IMG/VR virus record: IMGVR_UViG_3300042691_036206
Coordinates: 2,655 to 66,654 of that record
DNA: 64,000 nt
From: a virus
Reading direction: 5' to 3' (one strand)
Part shown: positions 1 through 9,673 of the stretch, in pieces
Layout: every line of letters starts with the position of its first letter
Position numbering within the stretch: position 1 is the first letter of the stretch
Notes under the pieces: model-generated
What the model saw: only the letters and a program-made list of their open reading frames with translations
Databases searched by the model: none
What the model was told of the DNA's origin: nothing
Program-made: the position numbers and the translations under genes

Positions 1-247
1 CGTGAGCCACCGCGGTATCCCGTAAATCTCTTCAAGCTTCAGGGCCAATCCCAGGCGACATTTTCGAAGGCCCGCGATGTAGTGCGAGACATCACCCTGG
101 TAGATGCCGAGCTTGGCGGCCAGGGCGTCCTGAGAGCCGGCCATAGCGACGGCCTTTTTCCAGCCAGGGTGGGGTGTGTGAGGGATTTTTCGTTTCGGGG
201 GCACCATATCCCCGGAGCATGACACATTGACGCATGATGCGCAAGCG

Positions 248-589
248 TTACTGTAGTTTGACCGTCCTCGGTCGAGGCCCTCTCCTGACAAGCTTCGCGT
301 CGAGCTCATCACCGATGAAGCGCCGAATCCCTCGCTTGAAAGCCTCGGAGTCGTTTGAGAGGTACTCCGCGATTGACGAGAAGGAGTAGAGGTGGGCCCT
401 GTCCTTGGCCTTATCGTCGAAGTATCGCCGCGACGTTCGCCTGTCCTCTTTGCTCGCCGCCCCAATCCTGTCGAATATGGCCCTTCCCAGCACCGCCCAC
501 ATGAGCCGCCTTTCCGGCGTGTCGAGGATGACGGCGAATTCGTCCCAGTGGGTCGGGTCGATGGGGGAGTGTTTGGGGTCGCGGGTCAT
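248..589 (-). CDS. hypothetical phage protein
   Basis: 113-aa ORF; its start overlaps the stop of the VRR-NUC gene (ATGA coupling). Confidence 0.6.
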   Translation of the reverse strand: MTRDPKHSPIDPTHWDEFAVILDTPERRLMWAVLGRAIFDRIGAASKEDRRTSRRYFDDKAKDRAHLYSFSSIAEYLSNDSEAFKRGIRRFIGDELDAKLVRRGPRPRTVKLQ

Positions 590-1017
590 CGCTGGATGGT
601 TACCTCAAAGCCAAGGTAGTCCGCCCACACCTGGAGGGCCGCTTCCGCCGACCTCACAACCTCGCACCGGTAGCCGAGCCGCTCCATCTCATCCATGAAC
701 TTCTCCTGCTCCTTCGTGAGCTCATTCCGCCCGACCTTGAATTCGAGCCAAAGGCCCGGAAAGGGATGCATGGGGAACGCCGTGAAAACATCGAGCACCC
801 CAGCGCGTACGCCCTCTCGCCAGGCCCGAATCCGCATCGCCTTAGTTCGTAGGAAGCCGTTGGGGATCGCAAAGGTGCAAAGCACAGCGGGATGGTTCAC
901 GTGGGTCAGGTACGCGAAGAATCGGGATTGCTCGGCGTGCTCTGAGGACGGGCCAGTGGGCGGCATGGCGCCGCGACGTGGGGAGTTGGGTGGTGAGGAA
1001 CGGCGACGAAAGGCCAT
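586..1017 (-). CDS. VRR-NUC domain nuclease
   Basis: SEHAEQ...FAIPNG...EGVRAGVLDV...LWLEFKVGRNELTKEQ..F...GY pattern of phage VRR-NUC proteins; true start may be 966. Confidence 0.85.
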   Translation of the reverse strand: MAFRRRSSPPNSPRRGAMPPTGPSSEHAEQSRFFAYLTHVNHPAVLCTFAIPNGFLRTKAMRIRAWREGVRAGVLDVFTAFPMHPFPGLWLEFKVGRNELTKEQEKFMDEMERLGYRCEVVRSAEAALQVWADYLGFEVTIQR

Positions 1018-1070
1018 CTCTCGCGGAGTGTAGAGCAGGCTCAGGAATGGCGGAAGGGGGTAAAGTGCTC

Positions 1071-1360
1071 TCTGCGATTAAGCCCCTTAATCGCAAAAGG
1101 CATGTCGATTAAGGGTCGAGAGAAAATTGAATAAAATGAAAGATATATATATTAAGTAATACCTTAATATACATAATCTACTTAATAGCAGTGGGTCATA
1201 CCCTAGAAACAACAATGCGCTCCAGGAGGATGCCCTTGCGATTAAGTTGATTATGTCGATTAAGGGGGTTAAGACCCCGAGATGCTTGAAGAAGTCGTTT
1301 TGCGATTAAGGGTGCGATTAAGTCGATTAAGTCGATTAAGGGTCTGCATGGCGATTAAGG
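1071..1360. repeat. CGATTAAG iteron cluster flanking an AT-rich tract; probable replication origin
   Basis: Direct copies at 1075, 1106, 1239, 1257, 1303, 1315, 1324, 1333, 1352; inverted copy at 1086; AT-rich 1125-1190; lies at the 3' end of the primase gene. Confidence 0.7.
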
Positions 1361-3534
1361 GTGCCCACATAGCGATAGAGCACCTGCGCTCGACCATTCG
1401 TTTCCTTGACGACGCTTTCAATTGTTCCTTCTTCCTTGAGTTGGTCGAGATGCTCTTGCCGTTTGAACTTCGCCATCCCCCGAGTCTTCTTGTAGATGTC
1501 ACTTTTTGATACCCAGTCAGGCTGGGCCTCTCGAATGACCCGAAGGACCACGTTCAGTTCGGCGTGAATTTGATTATCTGCTATCTGCTCTCTGGCAGCA
1601 ACGATCATCTTCCGGCAAAGCTGCGTCACGAGTTCCACCGCCCAAGACGCTGATTCCTTGCCGATCTCCGGGCCATCTTCCACCGTAAGTGCCACTTTCG
1701 TCGCCTGTTCGTAAGCCCGGCCCCAGATGCTCTCTTCCGCCTGCCGCTTCCCTTTGATGGCCCTGTTCTTGAGCGTCTCGAACTTTCGACCAGCTTCCTT
1801 GAGAATGACTCGCGCCTCGGGGGAATAGGGAACGACCACCGCATTCGGGACCACAAGCGCCCCTGACAGATTGCCGCCCGTCTTGGGAACATCATCCCCC
1901 GACATCTCACGAACCTTCTGAACCAAGTCAGCCGGTGCGGAGGATGGCCTTACCGACTGCCGCTCCGCAAAGTAGTCGTGCGTCTCGAAAATAAGCAGCC
2001 GAGCGGCGAAGCCGTTCACTGCCTCCACGCTGGAGAAGGCCCCGAAGATGCCCTCCTGTGTCGTTGTCCCGTAGAGGCAAAGGCACGGCTGATGAAGGTC
2101 CACTCTCGGCGTCTTCCCGTCAGCGTTTGCGTACTGCATGCCAAGGACGGTTTCATCGGCCATGCTGTAGAGCTTCAGGATGAGTCGAACTATCCCCGCT
2201 CGCCAGTTGGGTGCCCCTTGCTGGAGAATCCCTTTGAACGCGAGCCCGATTTCGTCCCACGGGATAAACGCTTTATGACCGGCCTCAATGAGCCCCTTCA
2301 CCATTCCCTGCTCTGACGTTGGCTCACCGCAGAGGTATTTCGACAACTCTGCCTGCCGGGCGAGGGCCTGGATGCGTTTCAGCGGCCCCGTCTTCCCCGA
2401 TGTCGATGGCCCTACGGCGATGGTCAAGAGATTCGTCCTACCACCTTCTGGCGTCTGCACCCGATGCCCTTTGAGCATCCCCACGAACGCCAAGGCCGCG
2501 GCGAGCGAATACGACGGTTGCCAGTAAAAGTTCGATTCTGTCAGCCAGTTCGCGATCTCCCCCGTGAGGCCCGGTGCGGAGATGAGAAGCTCAATAGGCA
2601 GGGCGAGAGAGCCGCTTCCTTCGCTGGGTGCCTCTGGGGATGGTTCTTCCACCTGGGCCGCGACAACTTCCTCCCCTTTCTTCACCAACGCCGCCATATC
2701 GTCCACGGGAGCCACTTCCCGCATTGCGAACTTCACCATGTCGGTGATTTCTTTCAGTGGCTTCGGCGACGAACAGTAGGTGTGATTGATGCCCTGCACG
2801 AAGGCGAGCACCTCGGCCTCGCTATAGCCGGAGGCTGCGTACCTGATCGCAAACCCGACGAGCATTGCATGACGATTGCCCTCCGTGATGGACCCCGGCG
2901 CCAGGCCGTTCAAGTCGGGGAGCGTTCGCTGATTCTCCACTCGGACTTGAGCTTCCAGTGGAGCAAGGTCGAGAGCGTCGACGAGGTGTGCCAGGGGGAC
3001 GGGCATGCTGGCTTCAAGCTTCACTGTCCGCACCCTGAAGGGCTCATCGGTCTTGCGATGAAAGAACCCAGGGATTCTCATGACGCGGGCGAGATCCTGA
3101 ACGCTGGAATCGCCCCCGAAACGCTTGGCAAGTGCGATTTGAAGGCCCCGGAATCGCTCTGTTGGGCAGTCGTCAACGAGCCAGTATGCCTGAAACTTTC
3201 CCGGAGAAGATTCCACGATCACATGCGGCTCGATGGGGCAGGCTCGCACTGGTTCTAGCGGAGCACCGTCGAGGTCGAGGAAGAGGGCCCGAACTTTCGT
3301 GACGTTCTCCGCGCTTCTTCCGGCTCCATCGCCCCAATTGACCATGAAGTAGATGCCGCCACGGGCCTCATTTCGCAGGCAGAGGACCTTCTGAAAGTCG
3401 CTCAGGTGTCCGCAGAAATGACCGGCAGAACCGCCCTTCTTCGAGTCATCGAAGTATTGGAACGCATGCGGCTCTCCCTCACCGAAGAGATCGAGAAACC
3501 GCCCGGCTTCTGCCAAGTCGAAATTCAGGGCCAT
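1336..3534 (-). CDS. primase (RepB-like primase + PriCT + DUF3987-like helicase domain)
   Basis: RALFLDLDG, VESSPGKFQAYW, D.ARVMRIPGFFH.K primase motifs; EGNRH PriCT; P-loop GPSTSGKT and WDEIG. Confidence 0.85.
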   Translation of the reverse strand: MALNFDLAEAGRFLDLFGEGEPHAFQYFDDSKKGGSAGHFCGHLSDFQKVLCLRNEARGGIYFMVNWGDGAGRSAENVTKVRALFLDLDGAPLEPVRACPIEPHVIVESSPGKFQAYWLVDDCPTERFRGLQIALAKRFGGDSSVQDLARVMRIPGFFHRKTDEPFRVRTVKLEASMPVPLAHLVDALDLAPLEAQVRVENQRTLPDLNGLAPGSITEGNRHAMLVGFAIRYAASGYSEAEVLAFVQGINHTYCSSPKPLKEITDMVKFAMREVAPVDDMAALVKKGEEVVAAQVEEPSPEAPSEGSGSLALPIELLISAPGLTGEIANWLTESNFYWQPSYSLAAALAFVGMLKGHRVQTPEGGRTNLLTIAVGPSTSGKTGPLKRIQALARQAELSKYLCGEPTSEQGMVKGLIEAGHKAFIPWDEIGLAFKGILQQGAPNWRAGIVRLILKLYSMADETVLGMQYANADGKTPRVDLHQPCLCLYGTTTQEGIFGAFSSVEAVNGFAARLLIFETHDYFAERQSVRPSSAPADLVQKVREMSGDDVPKTGGNLSGALVVPNAVVVPYSPEARVILKEAGRKFETLKNRAIKGKRQAEESIWGRAYEQATKVALTVEDGPEIGKESASWAVELVTQLCRKMIVAAREQIADNQIHAELNVVLRVIREAQPDWVSKSDIYKKTRGMAKFKRQEHLDQLKEEGTIESVVKETNGRAQVLYRYVGTLNRHADP

Positions 3535-3542
3535 ACGCCCCC

Positions 3543-3761
3543 TTACTGATTGATAGCCCTGTCGTGAACGGCTTTGATGAAGGGAATTGTGATCCCGTAC
3601 TCTTTCCCCAGTGCTTCAAGGTTTGGCCAGTACTTCTCTGGAATCCCCGTCTTGTTCTTTGGCCAGCGCTTCACCGTGGCTGGGTCCACGTTAACGTGAG
3701 TCGCCACACGACGGGCCCCGCCCAAAATCTTGATGATGTCTATGATTTCGCTTGTAGTCAT
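3543..3761 (-). CDS. Cro-like HTH protein
   Basis: LGGARRVATHVNVDPATVKRW...GIPEKYW; divergent from the AAA gene. Confidence 0.75.
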   Translation of the reverse strand: MTTSEIIDIIKILGGARRVATHVNVDPATVKRWPKNKTGIPEKYWPNLEALGKEYGITIPFIKAVHDRAINQ

Positions 3762-3852
3762 GATTGACAGTTGTAAGCGATTTCAAGTATGTTTGTCAAC
3801 GATATGATGAGTAACAGGTTGCAGAGGATGCAATCAGCACTTTTGGAGGGAT

Positions 3853-4704
3853 ATGGGTTTCACGTTAGATAGCATTATCACAGGCAAGGAAAAGAAGCCG
3901 CCAATCATTTTGTTCTATGCCCCGCAAGGCGTCGGAAAAACGACGTGGGCATCTCAAGCCCCAAAGCCCATCTTTATTCCATGCGAAGACGGCATCGGCG
4001 AACTCAAATATGACCGTTTCTCGAAACCGAGAACATTCGAGGACGTGCTCAGTTGTATCACCGAGGTCGGGAGCAAGCAGCACGACTTCAAGACGCTGGT
4101 AATCGACACCATCAGCGCGATGGAGAAGATCATCCACTCCGACATTCGGAAGCTGAAAGGAGACAACATCTTCGCGAGCTTTGGAAAGGGGCACACTCTA
4201 GCCGAGAGCTATTTCGACAACCTCACCACCTACCTTACTCGCTTGCGGGATGCGAAGGGCATGATGATTGTGCTCTTGGCCCACTGCGACATCGCAACGT
4301 TCTCTCCGCCAGGCAGTGACCCGTACGACACGTACACCATTCGCTGTCACAAGAAGATTCAGCCGAAGCTCTACGACTGGGCGGACATCGTGCTTTTTGG
4401 AAATTACAAAGACACCGTCGTGACCGAAGACGGAGAGTACGGCCGCAAGCGAAGTACTGCCGTGGGGGACGAGACGCGAGCGATCTACACCCGCCGCCGT
4501 CCAGCCTTTCTCGCAAAGAACCGTTACGAACTTCCGTTTGAAATGCCGCTTGAAAGACAGTTCGACTGGAAGGGATTTCTCAAACTCATCTACCGAAATC
4601 TTTCCGACGCGGTAGCGCCAGAGGAATTCGGCAGTAATGAGTTTGCGACGGTGGGACCACAGCAACCGACGCAGGAGCAAGAAGAAGAGCAAGCTAACGA
4701 ATAG
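3853..4704 (+). CDS. AAA_24 (Sak4-like) ATPase
   Basis: YAPQGVGKTT Walker A, TLVIDT Walker B, WADIVLF, AKNRY. Confidence 0.85.
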   Translation: MGFTLDSIITGKEKKPPIILFYAPQGVGKTTWASQAPKPIFIPCEDGIGELKYDRFSKPRTFEDVLSCITEVGSKQHDFKTLVIDTISAMEKIIHSDIRKLKGDNIFASFGKGHTLAESYFDNLTTYLTRLRDAKGMMIVLLAHCDIATFSPPGSDPYDTYTIRCHKKIQPKLYDWADIVLFGNYKDTVVTEDGEYGRKRSTAVGDETRAIYTRRRPAFLAKNRYELPFEMPLERQFDWKGFLKLIYRNLSDAVAPEEFGSNEFATVGPQQPTQEQEEEQANE

Positions 4705-4714
4705 TGGAGGACAT

Positions 4715-5176
4715 ATGGGAAACTTAGGACAGACAATTGATTCTGAAGAGACACCGCCAAGCACATACGGGCAACCGATGCCGCGAGGCAGTTACTTGGT
4801 GCAAATCATCGAGAGCGAGGTGAAGGCAACGAATGGAAAGGGCGGACCTGGCTCTCAAGTCGTCATGAAAGTGCAGGTTGTGGACGGACCGTATAAGGGC
4901 CGAACAGCCCGTGGACGATTCACTCTCACCAATACGAGCGAAAAGGCCGCCAAGATTGGCAAGGCGGATCTATCGGGCATCGGCGTCGCTTGCGGAAAAC
5001 CGCATTACGACGACACTCGGTTAGTTCACAACATCACCTTCGAGGCGTTCATCGATGTCGAGGGGGAGTGGAACGTCTTCAAGCGAGCCAACTGGAGGAA
5101 AACGGCGGGAGCAGCCCCGGCGCCAGCAGCGGCCTCCAAGGGCGTTCCGCTCTCAGACGATGATATCCCGTTCTAG
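4715..5176 (+). CDS. DUF669-type ssDNA-binding protein
   Basis: PRGSYLVQI...GPYKGR; acidic DDDIPF C-terminus; GGAGG RBS before ATG 4715; sits between AAA_24 and helicase. Confidence 0.8.
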   Translation: MGNLGQTIDSEETPPSTYGQPMPRGSYLVQIIESEVKATNGKGGPGSQVVMKVQVVDGPYKGRTARGRFTLTNTSEKAAKIGKADLSGIGVACGKPHYDDTRLVHNITFEAFIDVEGEWNVFKRANWRKTAGAAPAPAAASKGVPLSDDDIPF

Positions 5177-5185
5177 TCGAGGGTT

Positions 5186-6886
5186 GTGGAGTTACGCGGT
5201 TATCAAAGAGAGAGCGTTTTAGCCTCCTGGGATTGGTTCCGAAAGAACCCCCAGGGGGCACCTTTGATTGTCCTGCCGACAGGTGCGGGCAAAAGCCTGG
5301 TCGCTGCCGAGCTGGCAAAGCAGGTCGCGAGCAAGGGCGGCGACAGGCGGGTTCTCATCCTCGCCCACAGGCGTGAGCTGCTCTCGCAGAATTACGAGAA
5401 GCTCTCCCTTCTCATGCCTTGGGGCCGACTCGGGCTCTATTCTGCTGGGTTGAATCGTCGGGATACCGCGGCACAGATCGTCGTCGGAGGTGTTCAGTCC
5501 GTCTACAAGAGGGCCGCCGAACTCGGTGCCTTCTCCCTGGTTCTCATCGACGAAGTGCACCTCGTTCCGCCGGATGGGGAAGGCCGGTATCGGACCCTCA
5601 TCGATGGCCTGAGAGCAGTTAATCCCGCCGTCCGCTTCCTGGGCATGACGGCGACGCCTTACCGTTTGGGCAGCGGCCTTCTTACAGCGACGGGAGACAT
5701 CTGGACCGACGTCGCCTATGAGGCGAATATTCGCGACCTCATCGACCAGGGGTATCTTGCCCCGCTGGTCTCAAAGAGCGGTCGTTCCAAGGCGAACCTA
5801 TCCACTGTTGCCATCAGGGCCGGCGAGTACGTCGCGGCCGACATGGAGCGGGCATTCAACCGCCTTGACCTCGTCGAAGCCGCACTTGAAGAGGTAGTCA
5901 AGCACGGAGTCGACAGAAGAAGTTGGCTCCTTTTCGCCTCGGGTGTTGCCCATGCAGAGACCATCGCCGCGGTTCTGAACAGGGTTGGTGTTCCATGCGG
6001 CGTTGTCACGGGCGAGACGCCACCGCTATTGCGGCAGCAGGTGTTAGATGATTTTAAGGACGGGCGATTACGGGCCCTGGTCAACGTGGATGTCCTTTCC
6101 GTCGGCTTCGACCATCCCGCCATCGACCTGATCGCCGTTCTTCGGGCCACGCAGAGCACGGCCCTCTGGGTGCAGATCTGTGGGCGAGGCTGCCGACTAT
6201 CTCCCGGCAAGGTGGATTGCCTTGTATTGGATTTTGGAGGGAATGCACTTCGCTTCGGACCGATCGACCGCATCAAGATCGCTTACCGCAAGAACCCCAT
6301 TACCGGGAAGGATGAGAGCACCGTCTCGACCGCCCCTGTGAAGGAGTGCCCTGAGTGCCGGAGCGTCATTCCGTTGTCCTCGAAGGATTGCCCAGACTGC
6401 GGACACCATTTTCCTGAGGTCATGAGGCTGAACCACGAGGCCGAGGCGTCTTCCGCTCCCATGCTCTCCGTCCCGGAGCCGCCTCTTGAAATTGAGGTCT
6501 ACAAAACGAACTACGACCGGCACAAGAGGGCCGACAAGCCGATACCGACGCTTCGGGTGGACTACTCGATCGTGATGATCGACGGCCAGGACGTGAAGAA
6601 GGTGTCCGAATGGGTCTGCCTGGAGCACGAGGGATTCGCTTACAAGAAGGCCGCCGATTGGTGGCGAGTGAGAGCCGGCGACGAAGACGCGGTAGCGCCC
6701 GAGACCATCGAGGAGGCCCTTACCCGAGTTGCTGAGCTTCGCAACCCCAAGCGTCTTCGCATTCAACGCGACGGCAAATTCTGGCGGGTCCTGAAAGTCC
6801 TGGAGTACCACGTCGACGGCGAGGGAGGCGACAACGCCGCCCAGGAGGAAGAGGAGTTGATGGCTCTCACGGGCGTGAATATCTAA
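5186..6886 (+). CDS. SF2 DEAD/DEAH-box helicase with Zn ribbon
   Basis: LPTGAGKS, DEVH, MTATP, QICGRGCR, CPEC..CPDC. Confidence 0.92.
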   Translation: MELRGYQRESVLASWDWFRKNPQGAPLIVLPTGAGKSLVAAELAKQVASKGGDRRVLILAHRRELLSQNYEKLSLLMPWGRLGLYSAGLNRRDTAAQIVVGGVQSVYKRAAELGAFSLVLIDEVHLVPPDGEGRYRTLIDGLRAVNPAVRFLGMTATPYRLGSGLLTATGDIWTDVAYEANIRDLIDQGYLAPLVSKSGRSKANLSTVAIRAGEYVAADMERAFNRLDLVEAALEEVVKHGVDRRSWLLFASGVAHAETIAAVLNRVGVPCGVVTGETPPLLRQQVLDDFKDGRLRALVNVDVLSVGFDHPAIDLIAVLRATQSTALWVQICGRGCRLSPGKVDCLVLDFGGNALRFGPIDRIKIAYRKNPITGKDESTVSTAPVKECPECRSVIPLSSKDCPDCGHHFPEVMRLNHEAEASSAPMLSVPEPPLEIEVYKTNYDRHKRADKPIPTLRVDYSIVMIDGQDVKKVSEWVCLEHEGFAYKKAADWWRVRAGDEDAVAPETIEEALTRVAELRNPKRLRIQRDGKFWRVLKVLEYHVDGEGGDNAAQEEEELMALTGVNI

Positions 6887-7119
6887 ATCTTCCCACTCGC
6901 CTCTAGCACATCCTCCACGCTCTTCCCCGTCATCTCTGCGATCGCCGGCGTGCAGGCATCAGAGACGCCTCGCATTCTCCAGTTGTAGACGGCCCGCAGG
7001 GTGAGAGTGATTCCGTATTCTTCGTCGAGGCGGGAGACAATGTTTGACGCTGGCATGAGTGGAGCTAAGAGGGTGTTGATTGCTTTCCAGCGTTTGTTGT
7101 GAGGGGCCTTTTTCTTCAT
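6883..7119 (-). CDS. small Cro-like HTH protein
   Basis: ITLTLRAVYNWRMRGVS; ATG at 7119, divergent from the promoter at 7129. Confidence 0.6.
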   Translation of the reverse strand: MKKKAPHNKRWKAINTLLAPLMPASNIVSRLDEEYGITLTLRAVYNWRMRGVSDACTPAIAEMTGKSVEDVLEASGKI

Positions 7120-7128
7120 TGGTTTATG

Positions 7129-7158
7129 TTGACACGAAAACGAATGATGTGCAACTAT
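7129..7158 (+). promoter_or_regulatory. sigma70-like early promoter, repeated motif copy 1
   Basis: TTGACA-18 nt-AACTAT; spacer resembles the copies at 8666, 14976 and 16064. Confidence 0.6.
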
Positions 7159-7204
7159 CGGGATGCTGGGTTGTATGACGCGGTCCAGGTATAGCAGGAG
7201 GCAA

Positions 7205-7405
7205 ATGAACGAGAGTGAATTCAGAGCAGAACAAGAAGCCGAGCAGCGAAAGTTCATGCGGGCAATCATCGCGGGGATGATGATGACGAAGCTGTCGCTC
7301 GAAGGACATACCTACTTTACTGAGGCAGCATCCGACGCAGTCAAAGCCGCCGACGCCCTGCTGGCCGAGTTGGAGCGGACGGAGAAGGAGGCCCATGACA
7401 TTTAG
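7205..7405 (+). CDS. hypothetical phage protein
   Basis: AGGAGG RBS; C-terminal AVKAADALLAELE motif common in small phage proteins. Confidence 0.7.
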   Translation: MNESEFRAEQEAEQRKFMRAIIAGMMMTKLSLEGHTYFTEAASDAVKAADALLAELERTEKEAHDI

Positions 7406-7589
7406 CGACGATCTGGAATACTACCTGCAATTACGCGATGCCATGCGGTTCGAGAGCGGCAAGTCGATACCCTCGCAGAGAGAATTAGCCAGTCTTCAGA
7501 AACAAATAACCCGGTTCGCCCTGGTCCTGAATGAGTATTTCCCAGAGAGGGAGATGACAGAGCGGACGGAGGAAGAAAATGGAGACTGA
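7395..7589 (+). CDS. hypothetical protein
   Basis: GGAGG RBS; overlapping operon arrangement. Confidence 0.6.
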   Translation: MTFSDDLEYYLQLRDAMRFESGKSIPSQRELASLQKQITRFALVLNEYFPEREMTERTEEENGD

Positions 7590-8040
7590 AGAAGTAAAAG
7601 CGCGACTCTGCCTAAACTCGCTCTACGAGTTCGCACTTCAGGCCGGAAAACAGCCTGAGGTTGCCGCCGAGGAGTTTTGCATCGTGCAGGACTTCATCAA
7701 CCGCCTAACGCGACGCAGGGACAGAATTAACTGGCGACATCCGTTGGAGCACCTGCCCGAGAATCGGCAAAAGGTCTTCTACATCGACTGGCACTGGAAG
7801 CGCTACGTGCCTGGTAGCTATCAGATTATTGGCGGCACGTTCTACAAGGCCACGCCAGAGATGCTCGCCAAGGGTCTCTACCACCGTGTCGAAGAGGACG
7901 ACGAGCACGGCGGAGGGAGTTATTCGTACAACTGGCCCACCGACGAGTGGCAGAGCCGGGATTCTAATTTCATCGGTGCCTGGGTCCCAGCGGAGGAAAT
8001 TGATTTGCCGGAGTGGCTAACGACGAGGGAGGGCCGATGA
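7579..8040 (+). CDS. hypothetical phage protein
   Basis: 153-aa ORF with RBS, overlaps both neighbours. Confidence 0.65.
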   Translation: METEEVKARLCLNSLYEFALQAGKQPEVAAEEFCIVQDFINRLTRRRDRINWRHPLEHLPENRQKVFYIDWHWKRYVPGSYQIIGGTFYKATPEMLAKGLYHRVEEDDEHGGGSYSYNWPTDEWQSRDSNFIGAWVPAEEIDLPEWLTTREGR

Positions 8041-8209
8041 CCTGGACCATCATCGGCCCCGACGGCCAACCCAGAGCGAGAGCGGCGACGGAGGGACAGG
8101 CGTGGATGGGTATGTTATCCCCGTGGGGTTGCTGCCGTGGATTCCGACTGTTTATTGCGTGTGTGGAGTACGCGAAGTTGAACGGCTATAGAGCGATTCA
8201 GGAGATCTC

Positions 8210-8416
8210 ATGACCCCCACCTACGAAAGCAGACAAAGAACCCTCCGGGCCGAAGCCCTTCGATTGAAAGCGACCGCCTCCCAAACCCCCACCGCGGAAT
8301 GGGTCGACCAGCTTCTTGCAATCGTGGAGCGGGAGAGAGCGTTCGCGGAAGAGCGAACGAAGGAGCGATGTTTCCCTGGGAAGATCTTGGGGTGCAAGGC
8401 CGTGGAGGTGCGATAG
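8210..8416 (+). CDS. hypothetical protein
   Basis: AGGAG RBS; ATGA coupling. Confidence 0.5.
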   Translation: MTPTYESRQRTLRAEALRLKATASQTPTAEWVDQLLAIVERERAFAEERTKERCFPGKILGCKAVEVR

Positions 8417-8665
8417 CTCTCCGTGGCCCAACTACTCATCCTCCCCATCGCCAACCACTGGCCGCCGAGACCCTCCCCGAAGAACGGCCCGGCGAAGATC
8501 ATCTGCCTTTCGGAGCATGAAGTCCGCCTTGGGCCGTACTGGCACCAAGGAGTGAAGGTGCTCGTGTGTCGGCGATGTGGGATGCAATGGGGGCCGGACG
8601 GATTGCTGGATGAGGGGGTGGCGGTGGATGCTGTCGGAGTTTGGAACAAATTGTTTTGAAAGTTG

Positions 8666-8695
8666 TTGACACGGAAACGCATGTCGTGAGATGGT
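8666..8695 (+). promoter_or_regulatory. repeated promoter motif copy 2, upstream of the tRNA-like RNAs
   Basis: TTGACACGGAAACGCATGTCGTGAGATGGT; predicted start about 8702. Confidence 0.6.
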
Positions 8696-8701
8696 GCGGA
8701 T

Positions 8702-8782
8702 GCGGGGAGTGACGAGAGAATATCGTAGTGGCGAGTTTTGAACCTCACCCCACAAGGCCGGGGTAATGTCCGGTCTCCCCGC
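8702..8782 (+). ncRNA. tRNA-like RNA, non-canonical
   Basis: GCGGGGAG/CTCCCCGC closing stem, ACGA/TCGT D-like arm, middle arm, GCCGG/CCGGT T-like arm; no TTC T-loop and no CCA. Confidence 0.5.
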
Positions 8783-8839
8783 TCTTATGGCCCCCTCGCA
8801 GACGGGACCTCTCGCAGTGCCCTTCACGGAGGGCAGTTC

Positions 8840-8974
8840 GAGCGGCGGAAGCGGCGTGGAAGGACACGCAGAGGTCGAGGGTGGGGCACCCGAGCCTCCC
8901 TGTACGGCACTGAAGTCGGGACCAAAGCCCCCAAAGCGCAGATAGCCGGTATCAAGCCCGGCCTTCCGCCGCTC
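8840..8974 (+). ncRNA. tRNA-like RNA with an expanded central domain
   Basis: 12-bp GAGCGGCGGAAG/CTTCCGCCGCTC stem, GCGTG-GAAGGA-CACGC D-like arm, GCCGG-TATCAAGC-CCGGC T-like arm. Confidence 0.6.
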
Positions 8975-9460
8975 AATGACAACAGGAGGCAAATGGATCC
9001 ACAGATAGCACTGGTAATCACACTTTTCGTCGCATTCGTTTTTTGGGCCATCACTATCTGGCTAGCGGCACGATAGCAGGACACATGCACGACAGAAGAA
9101 CCGCCCGCACTTCCAAAGCCCCTGATGACCTCCCGCCCGGCGTCACCCTCTTCGCCGAGGCCGTCGAGAGCGTCATCGAGAGATTGCGAACAAGGATGAT
9201 CTCTCCAGAGGACGCCAAGGGCGCCATTATCAAACGGCACGTCGAAGAGATTTCGAGGTATGAGGCCATCGCAATGGGATTTAGCAAGGAGGAAGCGTGA
9301 ATAGGAACATTCTAATCATACACCTCCAAAACGCTATCGACGATTGCGAGTGTGAGTTCAAAGCGGAATGCCTCGACTTTGACGACGACACCGTGATCTC
9401 GGTCGAAGTCACGATAGGCGAGGCACGAGAGATAATCGACGCATTACGCAAGGAGGAACC

Positions 9461-9673
9461 ATGAGAACTGCAATGACAGCAACATCACTTCTACCGGAGC
9501 CGCCCGCGGCCCTGGAAACACTTCTGACGCCGTCGAGGGCCGTTTGGTCGGTGTACCTCATGACAGAGATTGAAGCCTTACTGGAACGCCCCCTCAGCAA
9601 CATCGAGAAGGCCGGAGAGCTTTGCAAGATTGTCGAGCGAGAGCAGCGGCGACCCGTCGCCGAGGAGAGGTGA
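9461..9673 (+). CDS. hypothetical protein
   Basis: AGGAGG RBS; in operon. Confidence 0.55.
   Translation: MRTAMTATSLLPEPPAALETLLTPSRAVWSVYLMTEIEALLERPLSNIEKAGELCKIVEREQRRPVAEER

Noticed and set aside
8702-8974. Canonical tRNA genes
   Set aside because: No TTCRA T-loop, no regular 7-nt anticodon loop and no CCA; kept as tRNA-like ncRNAs instead
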